From Octopus vulgaris (lineage: Eukaryota), in assembly GCA_951406725.2 (NCBI GenBank), contig OX597816.1:87792001-87856000 (forward strand): DNA of 64,000 nucleotides, read 5' to 3'. A program made the translations under genes and the position numbers. The notes under the pieces are model-generated. The model was not told where the DNA came from and ran no database searches. It was given only the letters and a program-made list of their open reading frames with translations. Positions 28,487 through 41,329 of the stretch are shown in pieces (the first letter of the stretch is position 1; each line of letters begins with the position of its first letter).

Positions 28487-28489
28487 CAA

Positions 28490-28850
28490 ACGCCTTGAAC
28501 GCTAAGGTAGTTGGCGTCGTCGATCCACCTGACCACCTCTCTGGGCCTCTACGCCAGGTACCAAGTGGTGTACAAGAGTACAACGAGCATGGCCGGTAAC
28601 AGGACTGCACCGTAGTAGCAGGTCACTTGCTTGTTGACGTCGAATCGTTTTGTGATAGTACAGATCTTCTTGACTTCAGCAATCTTCAAGCCGTTGGTCC
28701 AGGACTCTTCCGCATCGTCAGTTATCCAACGCTCTGCTGCCCACGACTTCCCCGTATCTTTGGTACGGGAGGCAAAATGGGTTGCTAGCACTTTCCCAAT
28801 ATGCCACCCCAGTTTACAGACGGAAGGGACGATTTACTCTCCTTTTAACA
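28490..28850 (-). mobile_element. RTE-like LINE 3' fragment with (TATG)n tail
   Basis: GC-rich segment with YYGA and RRGP-type remnants on the minus strand, ending in a (TATG)n array at about 28410-28485. Confidence 0.45.
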
Positions 28851-29239
28851 GCCTACTACTGATGCGGATGCCATGTGTAAGTAAGAAGAATATATACACA
28901 TACATACACACGTGCACACTGGCAGACAGACAGAAACACGTACTTACATTCACATACGTACACGCAAACATATGCATATTTCTTTTATTAATGAGGTAAT
29001 ATTTCACAACGGTATTGGCTGTTATAGTCCCTTAGAACAATTAGGGGCCAGAAATGAAAAGTCTTAAAATTAAATTTGTTTTTAATAGGCCTTTAATTAA
29101 GAAACTAAGGAAATAAAGAACATTAAACCTAGGGCCATAAAAAGTAATTTCCATCGCGTAATTGACATTTACATAGTATAACTGTTGATTCAGAACCATT
29201 TGCTACAGTTTAGTTGTGAGTGAGTTCTACCTTAATCTA

Positions 29240-29431
29240 ATGACTCTCTCTCACTATATATACTCTGTCTTCCCTTCTCTGGATCTTTCCTTCTCCTATG
29301 TTTCCGACGAAGAGCTTCGCTCGAAACGTTAAACCCTCCTTCTTTCCTTCTTTCCTGAGCGTCCAATAATACTATATTTGTTCCACGTCCTCGCGTTATT
29401 GTGTTTTTTTTTTGTGCTTTCATGTTTGGAT

Positions 29432-29504
<73 letters not shown>

Positions 29505-29599
29505 CTTCTTCCCTTCTTTCCTGAGCGTCCAATAATACTTTATTTGTTCCACGTCCTTGCGTTGCTGTGTTTTTTTGTGTTTTCTTGTTTGGATTAACT
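29240..29599 (+). mobile_element. PLE pLTR-like element with a minimal hammerhead and a partial tandem copy split by (TA)n
   Basis: Motif 29300-29334: GTTT-CCGACGA-A-GAGC-TTC-GCTC-GAAA-CG-TT-AAAC. The downstream about 98 bp (29337-29436) is repeated at 29503-29599; each copy is followed by (TA)n. Confidence 0.7.
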
Positions 29600-29607
29600 T
29601 TATATAT

Positions 29608-29695
<88 letters not shown>

Positions 29696-30210
29696 GTTCA
29701 AGCGAAACGAATAAGTGACATCTCGAATACGAGAGTAACCAATACTAGTGCATCTTTGGCATGGATAACGGAATGAGAACAATCTACATAAAAGTCTCGG
29801 TTAAATGAGAATGCGCAAAAAGTATTTGATGCTTCCCTACTAACATCTCAGGTTCTCTTTCGGTGCTTTCTTGGAGCAAAGCAAAACCAAGTTCATCAAA
29901 TGCGGGGCATTTTTTTCTTCCATACAAGACTAGTTTGAATTTTATCTTCCTCATATAAACTATGCGACCACCCCATCCTTTATTTATTTTCTTTTTACAT
30001 CTGATTAAAACGACGACTTCGAATATCGCCCATTTTGCATCGAACAAAATTACTGTTGGTCCTAATTTTATCTACGAGCCGCCACTGCACATCACTGTTT
30101 TTAAGGGACGATAAGGAGCTCCCTGATAGGTAAAATTATATGGTCATAGATGGAACGCCTTTTATTATATGCCATCGAAGCCGACCATTGGCACTGAACA
30201 GCAACAACAA

Positions 30211-30620
30211 GGAGGCGCAATGGCCCAGTGGTTAGGGCAGCGGACTCGCAGTCGGAGGATCGCGGTTTCGATTTAGATTCCCAGACCAGGCGTTGTGTGT
30301 GTTTATTGAGCGAAAACACCTAAAGCTCCACGAGGCTCCGGCAGGGGCTGGTGGCGACCCCTGTTGTTCTCTTTTGCTCCAACTTTCTCTCACTCTTTCT
30401 TCCTGTTTCTTATCCCCGACTTCCTACGCAACCGCTGAGTCTGGATGCGCATTCATCCATCCGTCGATGCTCTCGGTGTCGGGGGTTGATCTGCTTTCTC
30501 TTCTGCGGGTCTTACGAATAGCAAAAGGACCACGTTTCGGACTTCTCCCACTCTGGGAGGAAGACCGCTTCGCTCAACAAAAACAAACAAACAAACAAAC
30601 AAACAAGCAACAACAACAAC
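30211..30620 (+). mobile_element. tRNA-derived SINE, family B, with (AAAC)n tail
   Basis: GGAGGCGCAATGGCCCAGTGGTTAGGGCAGCGGACTCG (A box)...GGTTTCGAT (B box). Other copies on the minus strand at about 35120-35297, 58575-58835 and 61063-61237. Confidence 0.85.
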
Positions 30621-30826
30621 GGTAAATGTATGATCCAAGAAGGGAACTTCTGCGTAGTTACTGGTTCTGCTAGAAATAGTAGTTAAACCTCCTCCAAATC
30701 ACAGTCTACTTTCCTAAAAAGAAGTTAATTACGCCCGTATTGAATAACATACATACATACATACATACATACATACATACATACATACATACACACATAC
30801 ATACATACATACATACATACATTTCT

Positions 30827-30972
30827 ATTTTCTATTTAATTTATGAACAAAGATAATCCTATCAAGTCTATTACCTAAGCTGAATTAGACGATCTCATAG
30901 CGATATCAAATTTATCAGATCTAGGTTTTCTAATCCAGTAATAATCTAATAGCATAATATCCTAGAATGAGA
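30827..30972 (-). repeat. 146-bp duplicate of the PLE RT segment at 32242-32387
   Basis: Direct repeat, 3 substitutions by eye; the minus strand encodes WIRKPRSDKFDIAM(R/G)SSN. Confidence 0.9.
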
Positions 30973-31280
30973 CCTAGGTGCGCTAACTATACCTGAAAAA
31001 CAAAAAGACAGTATAGTCACAGCTGGAACGTCTTTGTCTCTATTTCTGCTTGTTCAGGTTTGACCTGGGGCTAAACAACAGCAGCTAAATTTAAGAGTGC
31101 ATTCGTGACTCAGCAACTTTAATCATTGTTTAATACATATTTGATTTTGTTTTCCTTTTTTTCCTACATGAAGATAAATTGTGACTGGATTTAGATATAA
31201 CTTTAATTATCTTTTAACTATTTTAATTACATTAAAATGAAAACAAAAAGGCAATCCATCTGTCACTCTTTCTTTTGCTT

Positions 31281-31359
<79 letters not shown>

Positions 31360-31576
31360 TTACCAGTTTGTCTCTCCTGGAAGCAAACTATAAATACATG
31401 ACTAAATTCTCATGTCAATTAACTAACATTTCAGTAGCAAACCTGCAACAAATGACTAACGAAAAAGAAACAAAGCCTTCTCACTTCCCCACCAAAAACC
31501 AAAGAATAAAGATAAAGATTTATATGTGCATGTGTGTGTGTGAGAGAGAGAGAGATGTGTATGTATATATATATAC

Positions 31577-31643
<67 letters not shown>

Positions 31644-31791
31644 GGCATACATATTTATATACTTATATTATTACGTATATATAAATACATGCAAATATAT
31701 GCTCTTATATATGCTTCGATACATACGTGTATACACATATATATATGTATGTATGTATATATATATATATATATATATACATATATATATG

Positions 31792-31836
<45 letters not shown>

Positions 31837-32099
31837 ACGCACACACCTTGATGTATGTATGTATGTATGTATGCATAAATACATACATGCATATGTATGT
31901 ATACATGCATACATGCATGTATGTATGTAAACATACATACGTACATGGTTGTTTTGAAATAAAACAATTACATTTCAACAGGGGCACACACATTTTCGCA
32001 CACATGGTGTATTTTTAAAAATTATTTTTACCTAACAAAAAAAACAAAAAAAATCACACACGAATGCTCGATACGTGTCTGTAATTACATTTGTCTTCT

Positions 32100-32740
32100 T
32101 ATTCCATCTAAAATTTTTGCTTATAAAGTGAAATACAATTTATCGAGAGATTTTTCTAAGTCATTCAAAGTCAGATAAAGAGTAATTAATTGTTGTAAAA
32201 CGAGTAACCATCACGATATAAGCCCCCGCTTAAGCCTGGAAATTTTCTATTTAATTTATGAACAAAGATAATCCTATCAAGTCTATTACCTCAGCTAAAT
32301 TAGACGATCCCATAGCGATATCAAATTTATCAGATCTAGGTTTTCTAATCCAGTAATAATCTAATAGCATAATATCCTAGAATGAGATCAGTGCATTCTT
32401 GGTTGTTAAATTTATACGTATATCTCTCTCTGTAAAACAATAAGTGTAATGAAAAGTGTATTCAAAAGAATAGGAGGTATAGATGGATAATTAATATCAA
32501 AGAGAAGCAAAGATTTTCCGCTCTTTTTGAACATCACAAACCATTGTATTACCTCAACAAAATTATCCTAACGAGATAGATTTACGTAAGTTTTCTCTTT
32601 AGATATCATTGTATTTATTTTCGTCTTCCTAATGCGACAAATATCTCACTTAGAAGACGTAATAACTCTAATAGGCGAGTTTTCCAAAGAGATCCTCACG
32701 ATCTTTACGCCAAACTGAGGTTTTAGGCTTAAAAACTAGA
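32100..32740 (-). pseudogene. Penelope-like element reverse transcriptase remnant
   Basis: Manual minus-strand translation across frameshifts gives, in order: KDREDLF, PIRVITSSK*DICRIRK, EVIQWF, LLFDINYPSI (about 32479-32508), WIRKPRSDKFDIAMGSSNLAEVIDLIGL (about 32270-32352) and GGLYRDG (about 32207-32227). These match the PLE RT pattern KDHK/RLINP.KS/VI.WF/FDI..FYPSI/FDVTMGS.DGAE..ELVGL/GLYRDD. Confidence 0.85.
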
Positions 32741-33127
32741 TTAAGTTGAGTAGCTAAGCCATAAATCATACCATAAATATATATATGTGTACACACACAC
32801 ACACACACACATATATAGACAGATATATGTAAGTACGTATATATATATACATATATATATATATGTGTGTGTGTGTGTTTGTTTGTATATATATATACAA
32901 ATGTGTGTAGGTATATATATGCTTGTATGTATATATCGATCTATATGTATATATGTATATGTATATATATGTATGTGTGCACGTATATATATATATATGT
33001 ATGTATATATATATATATGTATGCACATATATATGTATATATATGTAAATGTATGTAAGTATATATACATAAGCAGGTATACACACGCACACACATGTAT
33101 ATATATATATAGATATATAGATAGATG

Positions 33128-33162
<35 letters not shown>

Positions 33163-33271
33163 CTTATTTGGAAGAGGATGCGTGGCGTTCAATCATATAC
33201 TAATATAAATATCTATATATATATATATATGCATATATATACATACGTATATGTACATACTTACATCTATA

Positions 33272-33318
<47 letters not shown>

Positions 33319-33319
<1 letters not shown>

Positions 33320-33745
33320 GGACGTCACGAAGCGTACAACAAAAAAAAATACGAAGCACGAGTGCATGGAACATGATCTATTCATTAGTTTCGTATTTCG
33401 AGCATTTAACAATATACGCTTTCGATTAAACAGTTGCTCACGTAAAGTCTAGGCTTAGTAGCCCTCCCTGTTTGTTTTCACTGTCCTGTTCGTGATACCA
33501 ATTTTGACCCTCCTCAAAATCTCAAATTTTATATTATTTGCCGGAGCAATTGTTTTATCCAAAGCGTATATTGTTGTTAAATGCTCGAAATACGAGACTA
33601 GAAAAACAGCTAACAACTGATGAAGGGTCGTTCTTTAAGTTGTTTGTTTTGCTTTCCATTTGTGTCTTTCGTTGTTCGAAACAATTGTTCATGTTTAATG
33701 TACTCGTGCTTCGTATTTTTTTATGTACACCTTTCGTGACATCCT
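33319..33745 (+). mobile_element. TA-flanked pLTR-like element with inverted partial copy and hammerhead-like core
   Basis: 33319-33439 is the reverse complement of 33544-33745 minus its central part. The right copy has CTGATGA (33617-33623)...GAAA-C-AATT-G-TT (33678-33689). A longer family member lies at about 39190-39490. Confidence 0.65.
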
Positions 33746-33756
33746 GTGTGCACATA

Positions 33757-33811
<55 letters not shown>

Positions 33812-33872
33812 GTATAGATGTATGTTCATATACGTATGTATATATGCATATGTACATACATACATACATACA

Positions 33873-33963
<91 letters not shown>

Positions 33964-34795
33964 GTCTGTGTGTGTATAGTTAAACAGCCTTGCATGTCTT
34001 ATAATTTCTGTTTAATTCTTTGGCAATATGTTCAACATAATTTCGCTTTTTAATTGAGTGTAGAATTTCCAGATTTATCCGAAAGAACACGTAAAAAGAT
34101 AAGAACGATTAAAAATTTTGTAGAAAAAGATCCTTTGGCAGACATTTGTTAATTTTTTAAGAATTCAATGATCGTAAGTAAATTCTCAAAACCCAGAAAA
34201 GTATCCATTATGTATGTATGTATGTATGTATGTATGTATGTATGTATGTATGTATGTATGTATGTATGTATGTATGTATGTATGTATGCATGCATGTATG
34301 TATGTAGCTACGATATTCCTAGTGCTACTGGCTACATGTGACCCAGTACAACCACGTCGGGCCATCGGTGACTAAATCGGCAACCTTATGAGCGCCTGCT
34401 CGATATTTTGCCAAGGGTGGTTTCCATTGGACATCCTACAGGACGGAAAACAAAACCTGTAGACGAGCAGATGAACTCAGTAGTGTCAACGGCCATCCAA
34501 CAGCTGGGAATAAGAGACTCCTTCTCCTAGTTTTTGTTCAGATATCTCTCTAGCAGAAGGAAATTCCGAAATAACACCCACCTCATTGCTAAACCGGAGA
34601 GCTTACTCCTGTTTGTTTCCGACTTTGTGACAGTCTTAGCGGTGCTGTAAAAGCTGTTATTGACTTTAAACTTCAGCTCTGGTATTGCTGACAGCGATTG
34701 TCTTTAACATCTAGGATAAGATAATTTATCAGTGATGAGATAATTTATCATATTCGTCTACGAGCTGACAGCCGTCATGTATGTATGTATGTATG

Positions 34796-34826
<31 letters not shown>

Positions 34827-35479
34827 TGTCACTATTCAGTTTAGTTCATGATTTCTTGCCAACAGAGGAAGAACCGGTTTCTAACCCAGATCCAAGGCAC
34901 CTTCATTGGAATTTCAACATCAACAATGTCGGTTACGACGACGAGGGTTCCAGTTGATCCGATCAACGGAACTGACTGCTCGTGAAATTAACGTGCAAGT
35001 GGCTGAGCACTCCTCAGACACATGTACCCTTAACGTGGTTCTCGGGGAGATTCAGCGTGACACAGAGTGTGACAAGGTTGGCCCTTCGAAATACAGGTAC
35101 AACAGAAACATGGAGAAAGCGTGAGAGAAATGTGTGGTGAAAGAGTACAGGAGGGTTCACCACCGTCCCCTGCCGGAGCCTTGTGGAGCTTTAGGCGTCG
35201 TCGCTCAATAAACACTCACAACACCTGGTTTGGGAATCGAAACAACGATCCTACGACCACAAGTCCGCTACCCTAACCACTGGGCCATTGCATCTCCACT
35301 GTATGTATGTATGTATGTATGTATGTATGTATGTATGTATGTATGTATGTATGTATGTATGTATGTATGTATGTATGTGAAGATTCGTATGTTTTATGTA
35401 TGTACTATCATGCATTTATTTGCATACCTAAACATGCTCATATATATTTAAATGAAAGTTTAACAGATTTTTACAGTTT

Positions 35480-36620
35480 CAATGATAGATTGGATCTGTA
35501 GTCTTCGAATTAGTTTTCTTCATTCTGGTTTTGAGAAGTCTAATAACTCAAGATTGGTATTTAGGCAGAGTGTTACGTATCTCAGGACTCCAATAATTAC
35601 AGGTATGAATCTGGATAGAGTAACTGCAGTTTTCTCAATAGTTCAGCATAGGTATTATCTTTTCCACTGATCATCAGCTTTATGTTAACATCCGCTGGGC
35701 AGCTAATTTTCACAACTGTGCACTGTTTCTCTTCTCTATCCCAAATCATTATATCAGGTCTGCTGTGCCTACATTTTATTGAGGTCTTCACTGGTACATT
35801 CCACCAATATTCCTTTCTATTATGAGTGGCTATGGCTTCTACCATATTGTGGGTTCTTATTTCTTTGTCTTCGGGAATATCCTTCCTACGGATTTCATTA
35901 TAGAGTGTCCTCGCTACAATAGCATGTCTCGCTGGTACATAAACCGTGATGACATTTTCGGACAACTGTTTATGATGTGGGTGATATCTTTAGTGTGAAC
36001 TCTAAAAAGTCTGCATCGGTTGCCACAGTTTACTGATCTTCCTGCATCTCTATCCCGTTTGTGTATCAGGTATTTGGTTGATATTTCCTGTTCCTGGATT
36101 GCAAATGCATACCTTTCAAAGTGGGAGGTAGTAATCCGGCTATTCGTCCATAATAAACTGCTTTGATGATCGATGTTACAATCATCACGGAGATTTCTAC
36201 TAACATATCCATGTATAGTCTTCTGCTCATAAAGGCTCATCTTTTCATCTCATGCATATTCTTTGCATGAAGTTTTAAGTCATCCACAAAGAAACAGTGT
36301 GTAATTTTGGCATTTCTGTTTCCTTGAGAACCAGTGAGATATTCTTCAGACTTCCCTAACATGAATGACAAGGGGTTTACAGGAAGTATAAACAACATCA
36401 CAGAGAGGCTGTCTCCTTGGAATATGCCTTTGCGATATTGTATTCTTTCGGTGATAATACAGTCACCTTTTGTGTTCAATTTCAAGATGGTGGCCTACAA
36501 TAAAGTCAAGTCAGCTATGGCTTTGACCATTCTCACTGCAGGGCTTCTAGCATCCATGAGTGGGGAACAGAATCAAAGGCGGCTTTCTTGTAGTTTAGCC
36601 ACATTGAAACTAGGTTCCTC
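35480..36620 (-). pseudogene. Dong/R4-type non-LTR retrotransposon remnant (RT plus restriction-like endonuclease), internally deleted
   Basis: ORF pieces GIFQGDSLS..VNPLS..FFVDDLKL (RT), FAIQEQEISTK..CRL..HIINSCP (CCHC-like) and RH..RPDIMIWD (RLE). Confidence 0.9.
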
Positions 36621-37188
36621 ATATGCTCTCGCACGTCTGACATCACAGATTTAATTCTGGATGCAGATCGTCCTAATATGTGCATACATGTGAACAGTGG
36701 AGGACTGGGTTTAAAAATATTGGTGCCAGGAGACTAAGGGGAACCACCCGCAACTACAAAGGGGCCCATCCGCAACTACAATGCTATCATTTAATTTTTT
36801 TTCTCTTAAAAGTATTCTTTTCAACTGTCTTCAAACACAGCCAGGCCAAAATAATGTATTCTTCCAGGAGCGAATAAAAAATTCTCAAACTTGAGGGGAT
36901 GGGTCCCTTAGATATTAACATGGGCCCCTATATATGGATTCTAATGGCGTAGGGATCCACTTGCCATCGGGCAAGCTGGCAACCTGGCCAGTCAGCCACT
37001 GGATGTGAATGTGAATATACTTTGTTGTAACGTATAAATGTGAATGCTGTAGGGTCAATTTACAGTCATGGGTTTCTGCAAACTGATGCCTGGTCATATG
37101 TTCCAGCAATTTCAGATATTCGGTTTGTTTCTGATTTTTAAGTTAGTCCTCAGTGCTTAACATTTCGAGAATATGCTTAGCACGCGTA

Positions 37189-37221
<33 letters not shown>

Positions 37222-37223
<2 letters not shown>

Positions 37224-37463
37224 CTTTTACTTGTTCCAGTCATTAGACTGCAGCCATGCTGGGGCACCTCCTTGAACAATTTTTCTAGTCAGATGTATCG
37301 ACCCCCAGTACTTACTTCTTTAAAGCCTGTATTTGTTCCATCAGTCTTTTGCCGAAATGCTAAGTTACGGGGATGTAAACATGCCAATACCGGTTATCAA
37401 GTAGTGGTGACGGACAAACGCACATACACATACATACACACACTCATACACACACACACACGC

Positions 37464-37494
<31 letters not shown>

Positions 37495-37665
37495 CATATA
37501 TACAACGGGCTTCTTTCAGTTTCCATCTACCAAATCCACTTAGAAGACTTTAATCGGCCCAAAGCTATAGTAGAAGGCACTTACCTAAGGTGCCACGCAG
37601 TGGGACTGAACCCGGAATAATGTTATTGGGAAGCAAACTTCTTATCAAACAGAAACGCCTGCGCA
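37222..37665 (-). mobile_element. Family C SINE
   Basis: Colinear with 59775-60187, including the internal CA/TA microsatellite. Confidence 0.85.
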
Positions 37666-38030
37666 TACATACATATACACGCCGGCACGCGCTAGTGCAA
37701 CCAGTCACAGTACTTCATAGCATATCCCTTTCCGGTATTTGATACTGAAGAGCAGATAACCACTTCGAAATGCATGCATCCACCAGTCTGGTTCAATGGT
37801 GCTTCGAACTAACTTGGTGTGTTTACGCCTACTTGTCTACAGTGAGAAAGGTTCTCTATGACAAAATACAGCCAGTAGCTTTCTTAGGGTTCGAGCATGC
37901 CTCAAGCATATGTGAACTCAAGATCTCCAGTCAGCCTCATAAAACGTCTCTAGCATACTAACAAATGCTCAGCTCAAGATCAAAGTAAAGATACTGAGTG
38001 TGTAGCTGTGTGCACGCGTGTGCGTGTGCA

Positions 38031-38066
<36 letters not shown>

Positions 38067-38119
38067 TGTGTGTGTGTGTGTAAACACATATATGTATGTA
38101 TATATATACATACACGCAC

Positions 38120-38337
38120 GGCCGAAACGTTAACGCGCCGGGCGAAATGCTTAGCGGTATTTCGTCTGTCGCTACGTTCCGAGTTCAAATTCCGCCGAGG
38201 TCGACTTTGTCTTTCATCCTTTCAGGGTCGATAAATTAAGTACCAGTTACGCACTGGGGTCGATATAATCGACTGAATCCCTTTGTCTTTCCTTGTTTGT
38301 ATCCTCTGTGTTTAGCCCCTTGTGGGTAGTAAAGAAA
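38120..38337 (+). mobile_element. Family A SINE
   Basis: gaaacgttaacgcgccgggcgaaatgcttagcgg...gagttcaaattccgccgaggtcgac...tttagccccttgtggg. Further copies at about 9360-9540, 18612-18800, 26310-26510(-), 46947-47140, 47556-47735, 49520-49670, 52227-52447, 58193-58359(-) and 62762-62945. Confidence 0.9.
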
Positions 38338-38999
38338 TATATATATATATGTATAGACAAACAGACAGACAGATAGATAACTAGATAGGTAGATCATATA
38401 TATATATAAATATACACACATACATGAGTTTATAAAAATAATACAGCTAAAAAAGAAAAGTGTTAGTGGCGTAGTCGACTATCTAACAGTGACAAAAACT
38501 AGAAGTTGAATATATACAAAAACTTATTTAAAAAATAAGCGAAAATTCACACTAGAAATAAAAATAATACAGGGCCGGTTTTGTGTCCTCCATAGAAGCA
38601 GCGGAGGAAGTAGATTCAAACTAGCACTATTCAAGGAGCAGGCGTACCGAAATCCGACGCACGCGCGTTTAAATGTGTGTATGTATTGTTGTATTTAGGG
38701 AAGGTCATTTTTTTTTGCCAAATAAACACACGCACTATATATATTTGTTTCTTTACTCGTTTATTATTGTTCTTGTTTTATTATTTTAATTCTTGACCAT
38801 TGTCCGGAAATATTTCGTTACACATCTTTGACCTCTTCAGCGACATTTTTCGTTTTTGTGTGTGTTCTTGCTCCACTTATTCCATTCTCGGGCAAAAAAA
38901 ACAAAAAAACTCCGTCCCGAAATACAACAGTATCTGTTTCAACACACGGTTTCACATCAGGAGCTTTGCAAAACGCTCCAATTTTCCCCTCTTCCCTTC

Positions 39000-39490
39000 A
39001 CAGTTCGCTGTCTGTCACTCTCTCTCCCTCACTCCCCTTACCTTGTTCACGTGGTTGCCACGTAACCATTGGCCATCTTTCTACTCCTAACTTGTGTTTC
39101 TTTCTCTCCGTTGTAGCTGGGTCAAGGAAGACGTGTTCTTGTCTGTCTCCTGTCCAAGCATGATTTATGCGTTCGTTACCACAACCTCGTTTAGGCTTAG
39201 CAGCCCTTCCTATTTGTTTTCGCTGTCCTGTTTGTGTTACCAATTTTAACCCCCAGTAAAATTCCAAATTTTATTTAATTTGCTTTGCGGGAGCAACTGT
39301 TTTATTGAAAGCGTATCTCGTTGTTAAATGCTCGAAATACGAGACTAGAAAAACAGCCAACAACTGTTGAAGGGTCGTTTTTGTGTTGTTTGTCTTGTTT
39401 TCTACTCGTGTCTTTCGTTGTTCGAAAAATAGTTCATATTCCAGGTACTCGTACTTCGTATTTTTTGTTGCACACGTTTCATGACGTCCT
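39000..39490 (+). mobile_element. Second copy of the 33.3-33.7 kb pLTR-like family
   Basis: 39190-39490 aligns with 33449-33745 (taggcttag..gttaaatgctcgaaatacgagactagaaaaacagc..aactgttgaagggtcg..ttcgttgttcgaaa), preceded by a pyrimidine-rich region. Confidence 0.75.
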
Positions 39491-39530
39491 TCCCCCCCCC
39501 CACATATATATATATATATATATATATATA

Positions 39531-40817
39531 CAGGGTAAGGAAGCAAAATTTACAATATTTCGAGGCAGGGATTGAAAGACAGTGTATGACCAATTATTTT
39601 ATTGAAAGTTATGAGAATTTATTTGCCACAAGAAAATTTACATAATAGAAAATGTTTTTATTCTATGTGTCCTTCTTTCTCAATAACTGCCTTCACATGC
39701 TTCCTGAAACTTGTACAAGTGTTCCTATAATATTCGGGAGACAACTTCTCCCATTCTTCTGTAATAGTATCTTTAAGAGAGTCGACATTACTGTGTGATG
39801 TTCTATTGGTAGCATATTCTAAAACGCCCCAAATAGCATAATCCAGAGGGTTTAGATCTGGGCTAGAAGGCGGCCATAAACATGATTCCCAAAAATCGCT
39901 AAAGTTGGATTTGCAGAAATCTTGTATTTTTCTGGCTGTGTGGGCTGGAGCACCATCCTGTGTCCATACATAATTACCATCTGGGTAGTTTGCTTTAAGC
40001 CATGGCAATACCTGGTATCTCAGAGTCTTGTAGTAAATATTAACATTGGTCTTTTCATCAGCTTTGTAGAATTTTATAGGCATTTTCTTTCCATCGGAAG
40101 CCACAACACCAAAAGCCATAACTTCTGCAGGATGTTTTGTTTTGAATGTCCCCTTAACCTCAGCTGTTGATTTTGCAATAAATCTGTCATTTCTGCGGTT
40201 TAGAACAGCATCGACAGTGAAGATCTTTTCATCTGAAAAGATTGTTACAATGGAGGACTTTTTCTTGAACCATGTAATAATTTTCTTGCACCTCTCCAAT
40301 CTCTTTTCCTTCATAGCTGTTGTCAACAAATGTTTTGGTGTTCTTGTGTAAGATTTTAACCTCAAATCATATTTTCACTGCATTTCTAATGGTCTTCTTG
40401 TCTACCTCAAGTTCAATTGCCCTTTTCTCATGGATTTGGTTGGATCCTTTAGGATTTTGGATTTGAGAGCTTTAATAAAAGCTTTGGTACGTTTTTTGTT
40501 GATTCCTCCACTTCCAGACTTCCTCGTAATAGTTTTGCTCATAGTCATTCTATTCTTTACATTATAAACAGCCTTTATGGACACTCCAACTATCCTTGAA
40601 ATCTCCTTTGGTGTGACGAGTGCATTCAGCAAACTACACACTCTTTGACGTTTGCTTTCCTGATTACTCATATGGGCAAAAGTTTCTGAAAAGGTAAGGA
40701 TAATAGTGTTAGGTATGAGTATGACATCAGTATATGCTAGGTTTCAAAACAATTGACTTAGTGCCTCCTGAGAAAAAGCAACTTAACTTTCATTGTAAAT
40801 GTTGCTTCCTCACCCTG
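39531..40817 (-). mobile_element. Full-length Tc1/mariner superfamily DNA transposon, DD37D (maT-type)
   Basis: 26-bp TIRs CAGGGTAAGGAAGCAAAATTTACAAT / ATTGTAAATGTTGCTTCCTCACCCTG (2 mismatches), TA on both sides, 1287 bp. Confidence 0.95.
39658..40671 (-). pseudogene. DD37D transposase with one apparent frameshift near 40420
   Basis: N-terminal HTH ORF 40671-40402 plus catalytic ORF 40365-39658 with FSDEKIF, QDGAPAH and WPPSSPDLNPLDY; 37 residues counted between the second and third Asp. Confidence 0.92.
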
Positions 40818-40884
40818 TATATATATATATGAATGTAAGTATGCATATATATATATGGATGTAAGTATGTATATATGCATATAC

Positions 40885-40964
<80 letters not shown>

Positions 40965-41329
40965 CGTATGACGATAGGGCTATAATTCAAGCTTTGTCCT
41001 CGTGCTATATTTTATATGAGAATTGAACGTTGTGGAGAATAGTACAAAATACTGGAAGATACTTTTTGTAGAGTAATTACACATCAAAGCAAAAGTCTAT
41101 GTCTTCCTGCTTGTCCCTCACCACCGTTTGACCATCAGTGTTGGTATGTTTACGTCCTAGTAATTTAGCAGTTCAGAAAAATAAGATAGGTGGAGTAAAT
41201 GCCAGGCCATAAAAAATACTTACTGCAGTCGATTCGTATAACTAAAACCCTTCAAAGCGGTAACCTAGTGTAACCGTTGTCCAATAACTGAAACAAATAA
41301 AAGCTGAAAGATATAAAAAAAGATTCAAA

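Noticed and set aside
30211-30290. tRNA-like sequence with A and B boxes
   Set aside because: It is the head of a multi-copy SINE with a shared non-tRNA body; no proper acceptor stem or terminator.
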